This document shows, piece by piece, positions 9,705 to 20,654 of a stretch of 64,000 nucleotides of DNA. The notes beneath the pieces were generated by a model that worked only from the letters and a program-made list of their open reading frames with translations, had not been told where the DNA came from and did not search any database. This DNA is from an uncultured Brevundimonas sp. (GTDB lineage Bacteria > Pseudomonadota > Alphaproteobacteria > Caulobacterales > Caulobacteraceae). Location of the stretch: the NCBI GenBank assembly GCA_963515305.1, contig CAUPWX010000012.1, positions 5,144-69,143 on the forward strand, written 5' to 3'. A program made the position numbers and the translations under genes. Position 1 is the stretch's first letter. Each line of letters begins with the position of its first letter.

Positions 9705-10448
9705 ATGCGCCCCGCCCTGACCTGCGCCCTGTCCGCCCTGTTGGTGGCCGGCGCCCTGCCCGCCTCGGCCCAGACGCCGTCGAACCTGAACGACCTTGTG
9801 GGCGCGCGCGCCGGTCAGGCGGAGGGCGAACTGAACCGTCGCGGCTATCAGGCCACGGATCGGTCGGAGGTCGTGGGCGACGGCCGTATGACCTATTGGC
9901 GCAATGGCGACGACTGCATTTCGATCATGACCCGCGACGGCCGCTACGCCTCCATCAACCGGGCCGGCCGCAGCGAGTGCGGCTCGGGCGGCGGATCGGG
10001 CGGGTCGAACACGGCCGCCGTCGTGGCGGGCGTGGCCATCGTGGGGCTGGCGGCGGCCATCGCCGCCCACAACAGCCACCACCGCGACGCGGATGGGGAT
10101 CACGATCGGGAGTATCAGCGCGGCTATCAGGCCGGTCTCTACGGCGCCGACTATGACGCCCGCCACGAGACGGAAGGCTATCACGAAGGCTTCCTGGCCG
10201 GTCAGAGTGAAGGCCAGAACCGCCAGCACGCCAACAGCGGCTGGATGCAGACCGCCCCCTATGCCGCGCGCCAAGCCTGCGCGCGCCGTGCGGACGAGTT
10301 CCAAAACCGCCCCTACGGCTCCAGCGTGCCCATCGGCGTGCGCGACCTGGGACGCGGCGATTTCGAGCTGACGATGGCGACCGGCTCCTATCGCTCGCGC
10401 TGCACCGTCTCGGCCTCGGGCGACGTGCGGTCGATGGACCCCGGCTGA
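9705..10448 (+). CDS. Exported hypothetical protein
   Basis: Signal peptide (ALPASA/Q), Gly-rich linker, host-like codon usage. Confidence 0.7.
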   Translation: MRPALTCALSALLVAGALPASAQTPSNLNDLVGARAGQAEGELNRRGYQATDRSEVVGDGRMTYWRNGDDCISIMTRDGRYASINRAGRSECGSGGGSGGSNTAAVVAGVAIVGLAAAIAAHNSHHRDADGDHDREYQRGYQAGLYGADYDARHETEGYHEGFLAGQSEGQNRQHANSGWMQTAPYAARQACARRADEFQNRPYGSSVPIGVRDLGRGDFELTMATGSYRSRCTVSASGDVRSMDPG

Positions 10449-10450
10449 GG

Positions 10451-11119
10451 CTAAAGGGCGACGATCGGCACAATGATGGCAAACAGATAGACCGTGGCCC
10501 GCAAGGTGGCGCCGACGGCTATGCCGAATCCCTTGTAGAGCGGCAGGTTCAGGCGTCGCGCGAACCAGCGCGATTGCGCCGTCAGGAACCAGACGCCACC
10601 CGCGGCCATGACGGCCGCCCCGAGCCCGTTCGGAACGTCAGGCCGGCTGAAGATGGTCAGTCCGATGCACATCACGGCGGCGCAGACGCCGGCCAGATAG
10701 CACTGGGCGTAGAACGGTGGCCGCAGCGTCTCGCGGCTGAGCCGTCGTTTCTGATGACGCAGCAGGGTCACCGCCGCGACCAGAGGCAACAGGCTGAAGC
10801 ACAGCGAGCGGAACAGGAGCAGATTCTGCTGCGATCCGAAGATGGCGTGAGTCAGGGGCGAGGCTTGGGGCGGGGGCGGAACGTGCAGCAGGGCGGTGAT
10901 CAGATTGGCCAGAAGGATCGTGGCCAAAAGGAACAGCGGGGGGCTGAGCGTATCGTCATAGCGCCCTTCCTCCCCATCCGTCTGTTCGCGATCGGAATAG
11001 TCCATCGCCGCCAGCGGCCCGCGCACCACGCGCCACAAGGTCACGGGATAGAAGACCAGCCAGCTGATCGCCTCGAAGATGAACTCTTCGAAACTGCGCA
11101 GGATTTTCATCAGATCCAT
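10451..11119 (-). CDS. Hypothetical multi-pass membrane protein
   Basis: Several hydrophobic segments; ORF fills the gap between neighbours. Confidence 0.7.
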   Translation of the reverse strand: MDLMKILRSFEEFIFEAISWLVFYPVTLWRVVRGPLAAMDYSDREQTDGEEGRYDDTLSPPLFLLATILLANLITALLHVPPPPQASPLTHAIFGSQQNLLLFRSLCFSLLPLVAAVTLLRHQKRRLSRETLRPPFYAQCYLAGVCAAVMCIGLTIFSRPDVPNGLGAAVMAAGGVWFLTAQSRWFARRLNLPLYKGFGIAVGATLRATVYLFAIIVPIVAL

Positions 11120-11192
11120 TACGCGCCCCTCAACCCGGCCGCATCATGCGACGCGACGATGGTGATCGGCGCGACGCAGGCTGGCAAGGGCG

Positions 11193-11633
11193 TTACGCCG
11201 GGGTCGCCAGCGCCGCCTCGCGGATACGGCCCACCATGCTGTTCAGGCCGTTGGCGCGCTGGCGGGTCAGGGCGGACGGCAGACCCAGCCGATCCAGCGC
11301 CGCCCGCGCGTCGAAGGCCAGGATTTCGGTCGGGGTGCGGCCGGAATAGAGTTTCAGCAACAGGGCGATATTGCCTTTGGACAGGGCGCTGTCGCTGTCG
11401 GCGGCGAACCACAGCCGGCCGTCGGCGGCCTGCGTCGCCAGCCAGACCTGGGCGGCGCAGCCGGGCACCTTGTTCGCTTCGATCCGGTCCGCCTCGTCCA
11501 GCGGGGCCAGCCCCTTGCCCAGTTCGATCACATATTCGATCCGCTGCTCCCAGTCGCCCAGCAGGTCGAAGTCCTCGGCCAGTTCGGCCAGGGTCTGGTC
11601 AAGGCTGTCGGTCGGAGGCGTGCGCTCGGTCAT
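11193..11633 (-). CDS. sufE: SufE family sulfur-acceptor protein
   Basis: DWEQRIEYVIELGK, VPGCAAQVW (active Cys), ADSDS, LTRQRANGL; start ATG 11633. Confidence 0.92.
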   Translation of the reverse strand: MTERTPPTDSLDQTLAELAEDFDLLGDWEQRIEYVIELGKGLAPLDEADRIEANKVPGCAAQVWLATQAADGRLWFAADSDSALSKGNIALLLKLYSGRTPTEILAFDARAALDRLGLPSALTRQRANGLNSMVGRIREAALATPA

Positions 11634-11795
11634 GAGGCGCTGGATAGGCCGCCGGGCCGTTAACGACAACCGGCCGTTTTGTCCCCCGATATTCATGGTG
11701 AACGCCGCGATGGGGTTCGCCTGAGGGGGGAGCGGCCTCGCACCGACTCAAGCCCGCGACTAGTCTGACGACAGACAGAACAACGGCCCGCCTGC

Positions 11796-13505
11796 TTGAA
11801 CACCGACGCCCGCTACAGTTTGAAGGACGACCCGACGCACGATCCGTCCCACGATCCTGCTTTGGGCGCGCCGCTGGTCGCCCTGTGGCACGCGGTCTGG
11901 GCCGTGGGGATCAGCCTGACCGCCCTGGCGGCCCAGATGCTGGACGGGCTGAAGGATGCGCCGCTGGCGGCCCTGTTGTTGATGGCCTTCCCCGGCGTGC
12001 TGGGCGTGGTGCTGATGGTGCGCGACACCCTGGGCCTGCGGTTGCTGGTCATGGCCGGCTGGCTGGTCGGGGCGACGGCGGCGGCGGGTCTGACCGGCGG
12101 GGTCACCGGCGCCCTGCCCGGCCTGATCCTGATGCCGCTGGCGGCGGGGATCGCCCTGGATCACGGCCAGCCCGGTTCCGGTCGGCTGACGCGGATCGGC
12201 GCCTTTGCGGTCGGCCTGCCCCTGTTGTCGGGACTGGCGTCCAGCTGGCTGAACGGGCCGGAGGCGCAAGCCCCCCTGCTGGCGGCGGTGTCGGGCCTCT
12301 TGGCCCTGGGCGCCCTGATCGCGGCCATGCGCCTGACCTGGGGCGAGGCTCAGCGCCGCCTGATCAGGGCCGAGGCCCAGGCCGACCGCATCGCCGCCCT
12401 GTTGCGCGACCAGCCCGCCCTGACCCTGCTGCTGGACCCTTCCGGCCGGGCGCTGGCCACCTGGGGCGCGGCGCCGCCGGCCCTATCGATCCCGGCCTTG
12501 AGCGACCAGGGGCTGATCCCCAGCGCCCATGCGCCCGACCGGCCCGCCGTCTCGGCCGCACTGGCGCGCGCCTTGGCCGGGCAACCGGCCGAGGTGCAGT
12601 TCAGCCCGCGCAGCGCCCTGGACCGCCGCGTCATCCTGATCGTCGCCCCCTTCCATCACGACGGCGACCGGCCGCGCCTGATCGCCCAGGCGTTCGACGG
12701 CACGGCCCAGTTCGCCCGCGAACTGGGGCTGGAGATCGCCCGCGTCGAGGCCGAGGCCCAGTCGGCCGGCAAGACCCGCTTCCTGGCCAATATGAGCCAC
12801 GAACTGCGGACCCCGTTGAACGCCGTGCTGGGTTTCGCCGACATCATGCGCCAGAAGCTGTTCGGCCCCCTGCCCGAACGCTATGCCGGCTACGCTGACG
12901 CCATCCATCAGGCGGGCGGCCACCTGCTGGACCTGATCAACGACGTGCTGGACCTGTCCAAGATCGAGGCCGAACGCTATCAGCTGGCTCTGGCCGATTT
13001 CGACGCGCGCGACGCCGTGTCGGCCGCCGTCGCCCTGGTGCGGCTGCAGGCCGACGACAAGGGGGTCGATCTGGCCGCCGTCCTGGCGTCGGAACCGCTG
13101 ACGGTGCGCGCCGACGCCCGCGCCCTGAAGCAGATGGCGCTGAACCTGCTGTCCAATGCGGTCAAGTTCACGCCCGCCGGCGGATCGGTCACCCTGACGC
13201 TGGACGCCGACGGCTCGGACCTGGAGCTGGCGGTGTCGGACACCGGCGTCGGCATCGCCCCCGAAGACCTGCAACGCCTGGGCCGCCCCTTCGAACAGGC
13301 CGGCGGCGCCGATCAGAAGGCGCAAGGCACCGGCCTGGGCCTGTCCCTAGTCCGCAGCCTGACCGAGCTGCACGGCGGCCGGATGACCATCGACAGCACC
13401 CTGGGCGAAGGCGCGGCGGTGATGATCCGACTGCCGGTGATGGTGGCGGCGGAGGCGGAGATGCGTGCGGACGCCGTCACCGAGCCGACGCCGACCACGG
13501 TTTGA
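11796..13505 (+). CDS. divJ: Membrane histidine kinase, probably DivJ
   Basis: N-terminal TM region; PleC/DivJ-type H-box KTRFLANMSHELRTPLNAVLGF; synteny with sufE and DUF1491. Confidence 0.65.
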   Translation: MNTDARYSLKDDPTHDPSHDPALGAPLVALWHAVWAVGISLTALAAQMLDGLKDAPLAALLLMAFPGVLGVVLMVRDTLGLRLLVMAGWLVGATAAAGLTGGVTGALPGLILMPLAAGIALDHGQPGSGRLTRIGAFAVGLPLLSGLASSWLNGPEAQAPLLAAVSGLLALGALIAAMRLTWGEAQRRLIRAEAQADRIAALLRDQPALTLLLDPSGRALATWGAAPPALSIPALSDQGLIPSAHAPDRPAVSAALARALAGQPAEVQFSPRSALDRRVILIVAPFHHDGDRPRLIAQAFDGTAQFARELGLEIARVEAEAQSAGKTRFLANMSHELRTPLNAVLGFADIMRQKLFGPLPERYAGYADAIHQAGGHLLDLINDVLDLSKIEAERYQLALADFDARDAVSAAVALVRLQADDKGVDLAAVLASEPLTVRADARALKQMALNLLSNAVKFTPAGGSVTLTLDADGSDLELAVSDTGVGIAPEDLQRLGRPFEQAGGADQKAQGTGLGLSLVRSLTELHGGRMTIDSTLGEGAAVMIRLPVMVAAEAEMRADAVTEPTPTTV

Positions 13506-13657
13506 AGACGATGAAGACCTTACCTTTGGGATCGTCGTTCCAGGCTTCAGGGCCTCTAGTACAGTCGCCGAAGACGCTTGACTTTAAGCTGAGCAGCTGA
13601 CGTCTTTCCTGGCGATGCGGCCCTTCAGGCGCCGCAGGCAGCCACGAGGGGAAACGC

Positions 13658-14239
13658 TTGGATCGCTTCGAGTATCTGATCGGGCTGGTGTCGCTGATCG
13701 TCGGCCTCGGACTGGCGGATCTGGCCACGAGCCTGCATCGCCTGATCAAGCAACGCGCTCGGACCAGGTGGGACGGCCAGACCCTTGCCACCGCCGCATT
13801 TGCCGCCTTCACCCTGATCTGGATCTGGTACAACGTCTGGGATCTGAGACGCTTTCCGGGGGTCGGCGGCTTCTGGTTCTACCTGTCGCTTCTGCTGGAA
13901 ATGACGCTGCTGTATCTCGCCGCCGCCGCCAGCCTACCGGACGAGGCCGAACTTGCCGAGGGCGAAGGCCGGGATTTGACCGCCTACCTCGCGCGCAACC
14001 GTCGCTACATCTGGATACTGTTCGGCCTGTTCTTTACCTCCTACGCCTTGCGGTCCCTCTATTTCGCCAGCCGCGATGGCGTACTGGCACCGCAGGAGCT
14101 GCTCTGGATCGCCTTGACGTGCATTCCCATCGGGCTTTCCGTCGCCTCGGTCCTCGCCCGACGCAGAGCGGTTCAGTGGATCTTGCTCTTGGCCCTGAGC
14201 GGGTGGGCGCTCTTCTCGGCCATCGGACTGAACATCTAA
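13658..14239 (+). CDS. Hypothetical membrane protein
   Basis: Multiple TM segments; FEYLIGLVSLIVGLGLADL N-terminus; less GC-biased codons than neighbours. Confidence 0.7.
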   Translation: MDRFEYLIGLVSLIVGLGLADLATSLHRLIKQRARTRWDGQTLATAAFAAFTLIWIWYNVWDLRRFPGVGGFWFYLSLLLEMTLLYLAAAASLPDEAELAEGEGRDLTAYLARNRRYIWILFGLFFTSYALRSLYFASRDGVLAPQELLWIALTCIPIGLSVASVLARRRAVQWILLLALSGWALFSAIGLNI

Positions 14240-14407
14240 GGTTTCGACCCCGGCCGCCCCGCCGCCGGTAGTCCGCGTCCAACTGGAGCGCTTGGTGTAT
14301 CGGCGGACTTGATCACTCGCCTGTCAGAGCCTGGCCTATGAGCGTTCCGACGGCCTTCGTCACGGCATAGCCCCGGTGGAAGACGACATCGCTCGAAAAG
14401 CGACTGT

Positions 14408-15268
14408 CTAAACCTGCCCCATCGCCAGGAACGCCCGGCCCGCCGCGAAGTCGCCGGCCTCGAAGGTGGAGCGGGCGATGCTGCCGTCGCGGAAGACGAA
14501 CTCGACGGTGAAGACCTCGCGCGGGTCCAGGGCCGACAGGGCGTCAGCGGCGGCGGCGGGGAACAGCCAGGCCTGGCCGGCGGCGCGGCCCTCGGCCAGC
14601 AGCATGGCGTCGGCGTCGGTCACGCCGGCGGCCCAGAAGGCGCGGCGCTGAACCACCGGCGGCAGATCGGGGGACAGCCACGGACGCGGCGCCACGCCGT
14701 CGTCGCGCATCACGATCCGAACCCCGGTCGGGCGCGACCGCCCCTGCCAGGACACCACGGCCGCCAGTTGGTCGGGCCGGTCCATGCCGCCCACCACGCC
14801 GAACCGCACGGGCGAGGCGCCGGTCATGGTCGCCTGCATCAGCCGCCAGGTGGGGCGGGCGTAGGCGGCGCGGTCGGCGCTCCATTTCCTGCGGTCGCCC
14901 GGAAACTCCATCCGCGCCGTCCGCGACCAGCCGGCGAAGGCGTTCTGCACCCGGTCCTGGACCATCTTCAGATCAGCGGAGGCGCACGGGGTCGTGACCG
15001 CCCGCGCCCGCGCCCGCTGCGCCGTCTCGGCCAACTGCCGGTCGTTGGACCCTGCACGCAGGGCCGCGCCCCGCGCCTGCCAGGCCGCAGCCGTCAGGGC
15101 GGCGGTCAGTTGCGGCTCGAACAGGCCGCAGCGGTCATTGGCGGCCAGCACGAAGCTGCGCTCATAATAGCGGTCCTGCGGCGCGGCGAGCGCAACCACG
15201 GGCGTCGCCGCGACCAGAACGGCGACGATCAAGGCTCTGGCGCGCCGGGGGGAAAGGCCTATCCTCAT
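14408..15268 (-). CDS. Exported hypothetical protein
   Basis: Signal peptide; long ORF with host codon bias; FEAGDFAAGRAFL C-terminus. Confidence 0.7.
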   Translation of the reverse strand: MRIGLSPRRARALIVAVLVAATPVVALAAPQDRYYERSFVLAANDRCGLFEPQLTAALTAAAWQARGAALRAGSNDRQLAETAQRARARAVTTPCASADLKMVQDRVQNAFAGWSRTARMEFPGDRRKWSADRAAYARPTWRLMQATMTGASPVRFGVVGGMDRPDQLAAVVSWQGRSRPTGVRIVMRDDGVAPRPWLSPDLPPVVQRRAFWAAGVTDADAMLLAEGRAAGQAWLFPAAAADALSALDPREVFTVEFVFRDGSIARSTFEAGDFAAGRAFLAMGQV

Positions 15269-15323
15269 GCCTCGACCCTAGCGGCTCAGCGTTGGGGTTC
15301 CGTGTCCGAGCAGGGTTAGCGAA

Positions 15324-15653
15324 TTGCTTCTTTCCAGCGACCTGTGGGTCAGCGCCCTGATCCGCCGCGCCCAGATCGAGGGCGCCTATGCGACCGTGGT
15401 CAACAAGGGCGACGACCGCGCCGGCTCGGTCATCGTCAAGGCCTACGACACCTCCACCCGCACCGCCCGCCTGTTCACCGAGGCCTTCGGAACCGACGGC
15501 GACCGCCTGTGGATCCAGCCGGTGACGAGCGACAGCGAAAGCGAACTGGACGCCTACATCGCCCGGCAGAGGGGGTATGACCCGGACCTGTGGGTGGTGG
15601 AGATCGAGGACCGGCAGGGGCGGCACTTCATCACGGAGACGGTGCAGGCCTGA
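15324..15653 (+). CDS. DUF1491 family protein
   Basis: SDLWVSALIRR...KGDDRAG...DPDLWVVEIEDRQGRHF. Confidence 0.82.
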   Translation: MLLSSDLWVSALIRRAQIEGAYATVVNKGDDRAGSVIVKAYDTSTRTARLFTEAFGTDGDRLWIQPVTSDSESELDAYIARQRGYDPDLWVVEIEDRQGRHFITETVQA

Positions 15654-15655
15654 CC

Positions 15656-16657
15656 TCAGATCCGGCCGCGCTGCGCGTCGCGCTCGGCCCGCGCCTTTAT
15701 GATGGTCAGCACATTGTCCTGAATGTCGCCCATCATCAGTTCGCCCCACAGCTTGGCGTAAGGATTGACGTGGGTCTTGGCGACATAACGCGTCGTCAGG
15801 GTTACTTCGGTCAGGCCGGGCGAGATCGGGCGAAGCACATAGTCGCCGGAATCGATCTTCAAGAACTCGCCATCCGGCGAAATATGCTTGTCGGTATAGT
15901 CCTGCACCGAACTGTTGGTGAAGTTGAAGTCCCAGCCCAGTTTGTGGCCGGGCGACCAATCGACGATCCGTTCCTCGAAGTTGACGTGATCGCCCCAATA
16001 GGCCGTGCGCACAGCCCCGACGCCAGTCCCGACAACGGTGGACTCCTTCGGGCGGGGGATGCCGAGGATATTATGGGTGATGGTCCAGCGCCCCTCCTGT
16101 TCGCCGATGTCGCGACTGGACACCGCATAAGGCCATATGTCCTCGGGCGTGGCACGGACCAGAACAGTGCGGCTGAGCGCGACCGTTTCGTGAGGCATGG
16201 GCATCTGCGCCTCCACCATCGCCGCCACGAGGGGGATGATCAGGAAACTGGACTGCAGGGTTCGCCCCCCGCGATGACGTTGCGAGCGCATGATGAGCGC
16301 GCCCGCCCACCCGCTGGCTAACCAGACGGGCGACAGCATGACGATACAGATGACGCCCTCATGCAGGATGTAAGCCGAGGCCAGACAAACGATCACGCCC
16401 AGAACGACGGGCACCAGCCAGTAGAAGCCGACCGACCGGGTCTTGTCAGGGTCTCCGATGTAGCAGATCAGCGCGCACAGCACGGCCGGCAACAGGGCCA
16501 GAAACCATAGGCTGGCGAACCAGATCGAGCCTGCCCGCGAAGCTGAGAACAGAACAAAGGCGCTGAACGCGATCGCCAAGGCCAAGGCGAAGCCCGAAAG
16601 GAGACGTCCGCGCAGGTGTCTGCGTGCGTTGGAAGTCGGGGCGTCTTGCTGGGTCAT
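15656..16657 (-). CDS. Membrane protein with C-terminal SRPBCC/polyketide-cyclase-like domain
   Basis: N-terminal TM helices, then VRATPEDIW...GTGVGAVRT...EERIVDWSPG. Confidence 0.7.
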   Translation of the reverse strand: MTQQDAPTSNARRHLRGRLLSGFALALAIAFSAFVLFSASRAGSIWFASLWFLALLPAVLCALICYIGDPDKTRSVGFYWLVPVVLGVIVCLASAYILHEGVICIVMLSPVWLASGWAGALIMRSQRHRGGRTLQSSFLIIPLVAAMVEAQMPMPHETVALSRTVLVRATPEDIWPYAVSSRDIGEQEGRWTITHNILGIPRPKESTVVGTGVGAVRTAYWGDHVNFEERIVDWSPGHKLGWDFNFTNSSVQDYTDKHISPDGEFLKIDSGDYVLRPISPGLTEVTLTTRYVAKTHVNPYAKLWGELMMGDIQDNVLTIIKARAERDAQRGRI

Positions 16658-16674
16658 TACAATCTCGTCAGTTG

Positions 16675-16692
16675 TTTCTGCAAAGAGAGAAA
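16675..16692. promoter_or_regulatory. Secondary operator similar to 17269-17286
   Basis: TTTCTGCAAAGAGAGAAA, 14/18 match to TTTCTGTCATGACAGAAA, just upstream of the SRPBCC gene. Confidence 0.55.
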
Positions 16693-16708
16693 TTAAAAGG
16701 CAAATGGA

Positions 16709-17278
16709 TCAGCCGTTTCGGTCCCGCTTGCCGACGAACTTGAGCAGGCCGACGACTTTGGACCCCATGCGGATCAGACGCATCAAGGTGTCGGGGGGCA
16801 CATCCAGCATCTGCTGATACCAGCCGTCGACAGTGTTTACGAAACCCTGCAGGCGCTCCAGCCGGGCGCGAACCTCGGGGGTGACGCCGGAACCCTGGGC
16901 GTCGACGCCAGCGACGGCCTCGTTGATGGCGGCGACCATGGGGTCGATCTCGCGCGCCTTACGGCCCTGGGCGACCTTGGTAGCCATCTGCCAGAGATCG
17001 GTTTCGGCCTGGTAGTGATCGCGACGGTCGCCCAGCACTGGAACCCGGTGGATCAGCTTCCAGGTCAATAGTTCCTTCAGGCTGTTGGAGACATTCGACC
17101 GGGCCAACCCCAGCGTCGTGGCGATGTCCTCGGCCGTCAGGGGCTGTTCGCTGAGATACAGAAGCGCCTGGATCTGGGCGACCGAACGATTGACGCCCCA
17201 CTGGCCGCCAAGGTCGCCCCAACGCAGCACGATCTGTTCGACGGCAAGGGGCAGAGATCGGTCATTCGTTTCTGTCAT
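16709..17278 (-). CDS. GbsR/MarR family transcriptional regulator
   Basis: LRWGDLGGQWGVNRSVAQIQALLY...ARSNVSNSLKEL...GDRRDHY; start ATG 17278. Confidence 0.88.
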   Translation of the reverse strand: MTETNDRSLPLAVEQIVLRWGDLGGQWGVNRSVAQIQALLYLSEQPLTAEDIATTLGLARSNVSNSLKELLTWKLIHRVPVLGDRRDHYQAETDLWQMATKVAQGRKAREIDPMVAAINEAVAGVDAQGSGVTPEVRARLERLQGFVNTVDGWYQQMLDVPPDTLMRLIRMGSKVVGLLKFVGKRDRNG

Positions 17279-17286
17279 GACAGAAA
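17269..17286. promoter_or_regulatory. Perfect 18-bp palindromic operator over the GbsR-family start codon
   Basis: TTTCTGTCATGACAGAAA. Confidence 0.75.
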
Positions 17287-17331
17287 TAAACGACGAACTT
17301 TGTTTTGTGTCAAGATGCGGGACGGCTCGCC

Positions 17332-17742
17332 CTACCCCTTGCGCCCGTCGAACGCGGCGCGGGCCGCCTCGATGCGGTCGATGTTCTTTTCGGCCCACAT
17401 CCAGACGCCGCAGAAGGCTTCGGCCAGGGTGAAGCCCAGGTCGGTCAGGCGGTATTCGACCTTGGGCGGGATGACGGGATGGACGGTGCGGACGACCAGG
17501 CCGTCGCGCTCCATCTGACGCAGGGTCTGGGTCAGCATCTTCTGGCTGATGCCGCCGACCAGATCGCCGACACGCGTGAAGCGCTGCTCGCCATGTTCGG
17601 CCAGCACCTCCAGGATCAGCATGGTCCATTTGTCCGCCACCCGGCCGATGACGTCGTTGACCAGGGCCTCGACGCGAGGGTCGGCGACCTCTCCCGTTTC
17701 GGGATGAGCGATTTTTGCGGGCGGAACGGCTGTCATGTCCAT
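17332..17742 (-). CDS. HxlR family winged-helix regulator
   Basis: DKWTMLIL...GISQKMLTQTLRQMERDGLV.R...PPKVEYRLT. Confidence 0.92.
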   Translation of the reverse strand: MDMTAVPPAKIAHPETGEVADPRVEALVNDVIGRVADKWTMLILEVLAEHGEQRFTRVGDLVGGISQKMLTQTLRQMERDGLVVRTVHPVIPPKVEYRLTDLGFTLAEAFCGVWMWAEKNIDRIEAARAAFDGRKG

Positions 17743-17849
17743 TTGTTTCCTGTCGGTAAGTATGGCGGCTTTCAGTGCCTGCTTTCCATTGGAGAGTGAC
17801 CGTCCTACCTGATCGTCATCGCCAGCGCATCCCCCGAAAGGACACGACC

Positions 17850-18602
17850 ATGAACATCACAGCAAACACGATACTGATCACGGGCGGCGGCACGGGCATC
17901 GGCCGCGCCCTGGCCGAGGCGCTGCACGCGCGGGGCAATCAGATCATCATCACCGGCCGCCGCGAGGATGTGCTGAAGGACACCGCCGCCGCCAATCCAG
18001 GTATGGACTGGGCCACGCTGGACATGGAGGACGCCGCCGCCGTCGCCGCCTTCGGCGCCCAAATCGTCAAGGATCATCCGGCCCTGAACGCCGTCATCCT
18101 GAACGCCGGCATCATGAAGTCCGAGGATCTGAAGGCCCAGCCGTTCGACCTGGCCACGGTGGAGGCGACCATCGCCACCAATCTGGTGGGGCCGATCCGC
18201 CTGACGGCGGCCCTGCTGCCGCACCTGACGGCCCAGCCGAAGGCGACGGTGATGACGGTGACCTCGGGCCTGGCCTTCATTCCGCTGGCGGCGACACCGA
18301 CCTACAACGCCACCAAGGCTGCGATCCATTCCTGGAGCCAGTCGCTGCGTCACCAGTTGGCCGACACATCGGTCGAGGTGCTGGAGCTGGCGCCGCCCGC
18401 CGTGGCCACGGACCTGATGCCGGGCCATGCCGAAAACCCCAACTCCATGCCGCTGGCCGAGTTCACCAGCGAGGTGGTGGGCCTGATCGAACGGGGCGAC
18501 ACGCCGCGCGGCGAAATCCTGGTCGAGCGGGTCAAGCCGCTGCGGTTCGCCGAGGCGAACGGCTATGAGGCCATGTTCGACCGGCTGAACGGGGCGCACT
18601 GA
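17850..18602 (+). CDS. Short-chain dehydrogenase/reductase (DltE-like)
   Basis: TGGGTGIG, LNAG, YNATK catalytic motif; SD AAGGA before ATG 17850. Confidence 0.92.
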   Translation: MNITANTILITGGGTGIGRALAEALHARGNQIIITGRREDVLKDTAAANPGMDWATLDMEDAAAVAAFGAQIVKDHPALNAVILNAGIMKSEDLKAQPFDLATVEATIATNLVGPIRLTAALLPHLTAQPKATVMTVTSGLAFIPLAATPTYNATKAAIHSWSQSLRHQLADTSVEVLELAPPAVATDLMPGHAENPNSMPLAEFTSEVVGLIERGDTPRGEILVERVKPLRFAEANGYEAMFDRLNGAH

Positions 18603-18610
18603 GCCACGGT

Positions 18611-18642
18611 CCGCTCATCCCGGCGAACGCTGGGATGAGCGG
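18611..18642. repeat. Single collapsed REP hairpin of the 2419/36848 family
   Basis: CCGCTCATCCC-GGCGAACGCT-GGGATGAGCGG between convergent genes. Confidence 0.8.
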
Positions 18643-18653
18643 CGTCTGGACGA

Positions 18654-20462
<1,809 letters not shown>

Positions 20463-20654
20463 CCGCGCGCCCCTATCACGCGCGGGCGCCGGGGGCCAGC
20501 GCGCGGCGCGATCCGAACCTCTCGCGGCGCCAGATTAAGGCTTTGCAACAATCGCTTTCGCCGTTTCGGGGCGGCGCGGGACATTGTATGAAGCCCGGCT
20601 TGACCGCGCCTCCCCGCGCGACGGTCCGCTGCGCCTGAACCGTGAGGAACGCCC

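Noticed and set aside
16709..17629. 306-aa extended GbsR-family ORF
   Set aside because: The extension is an off-frame read of the HxlR gene; the true start is ATG 17278, marked by the operator
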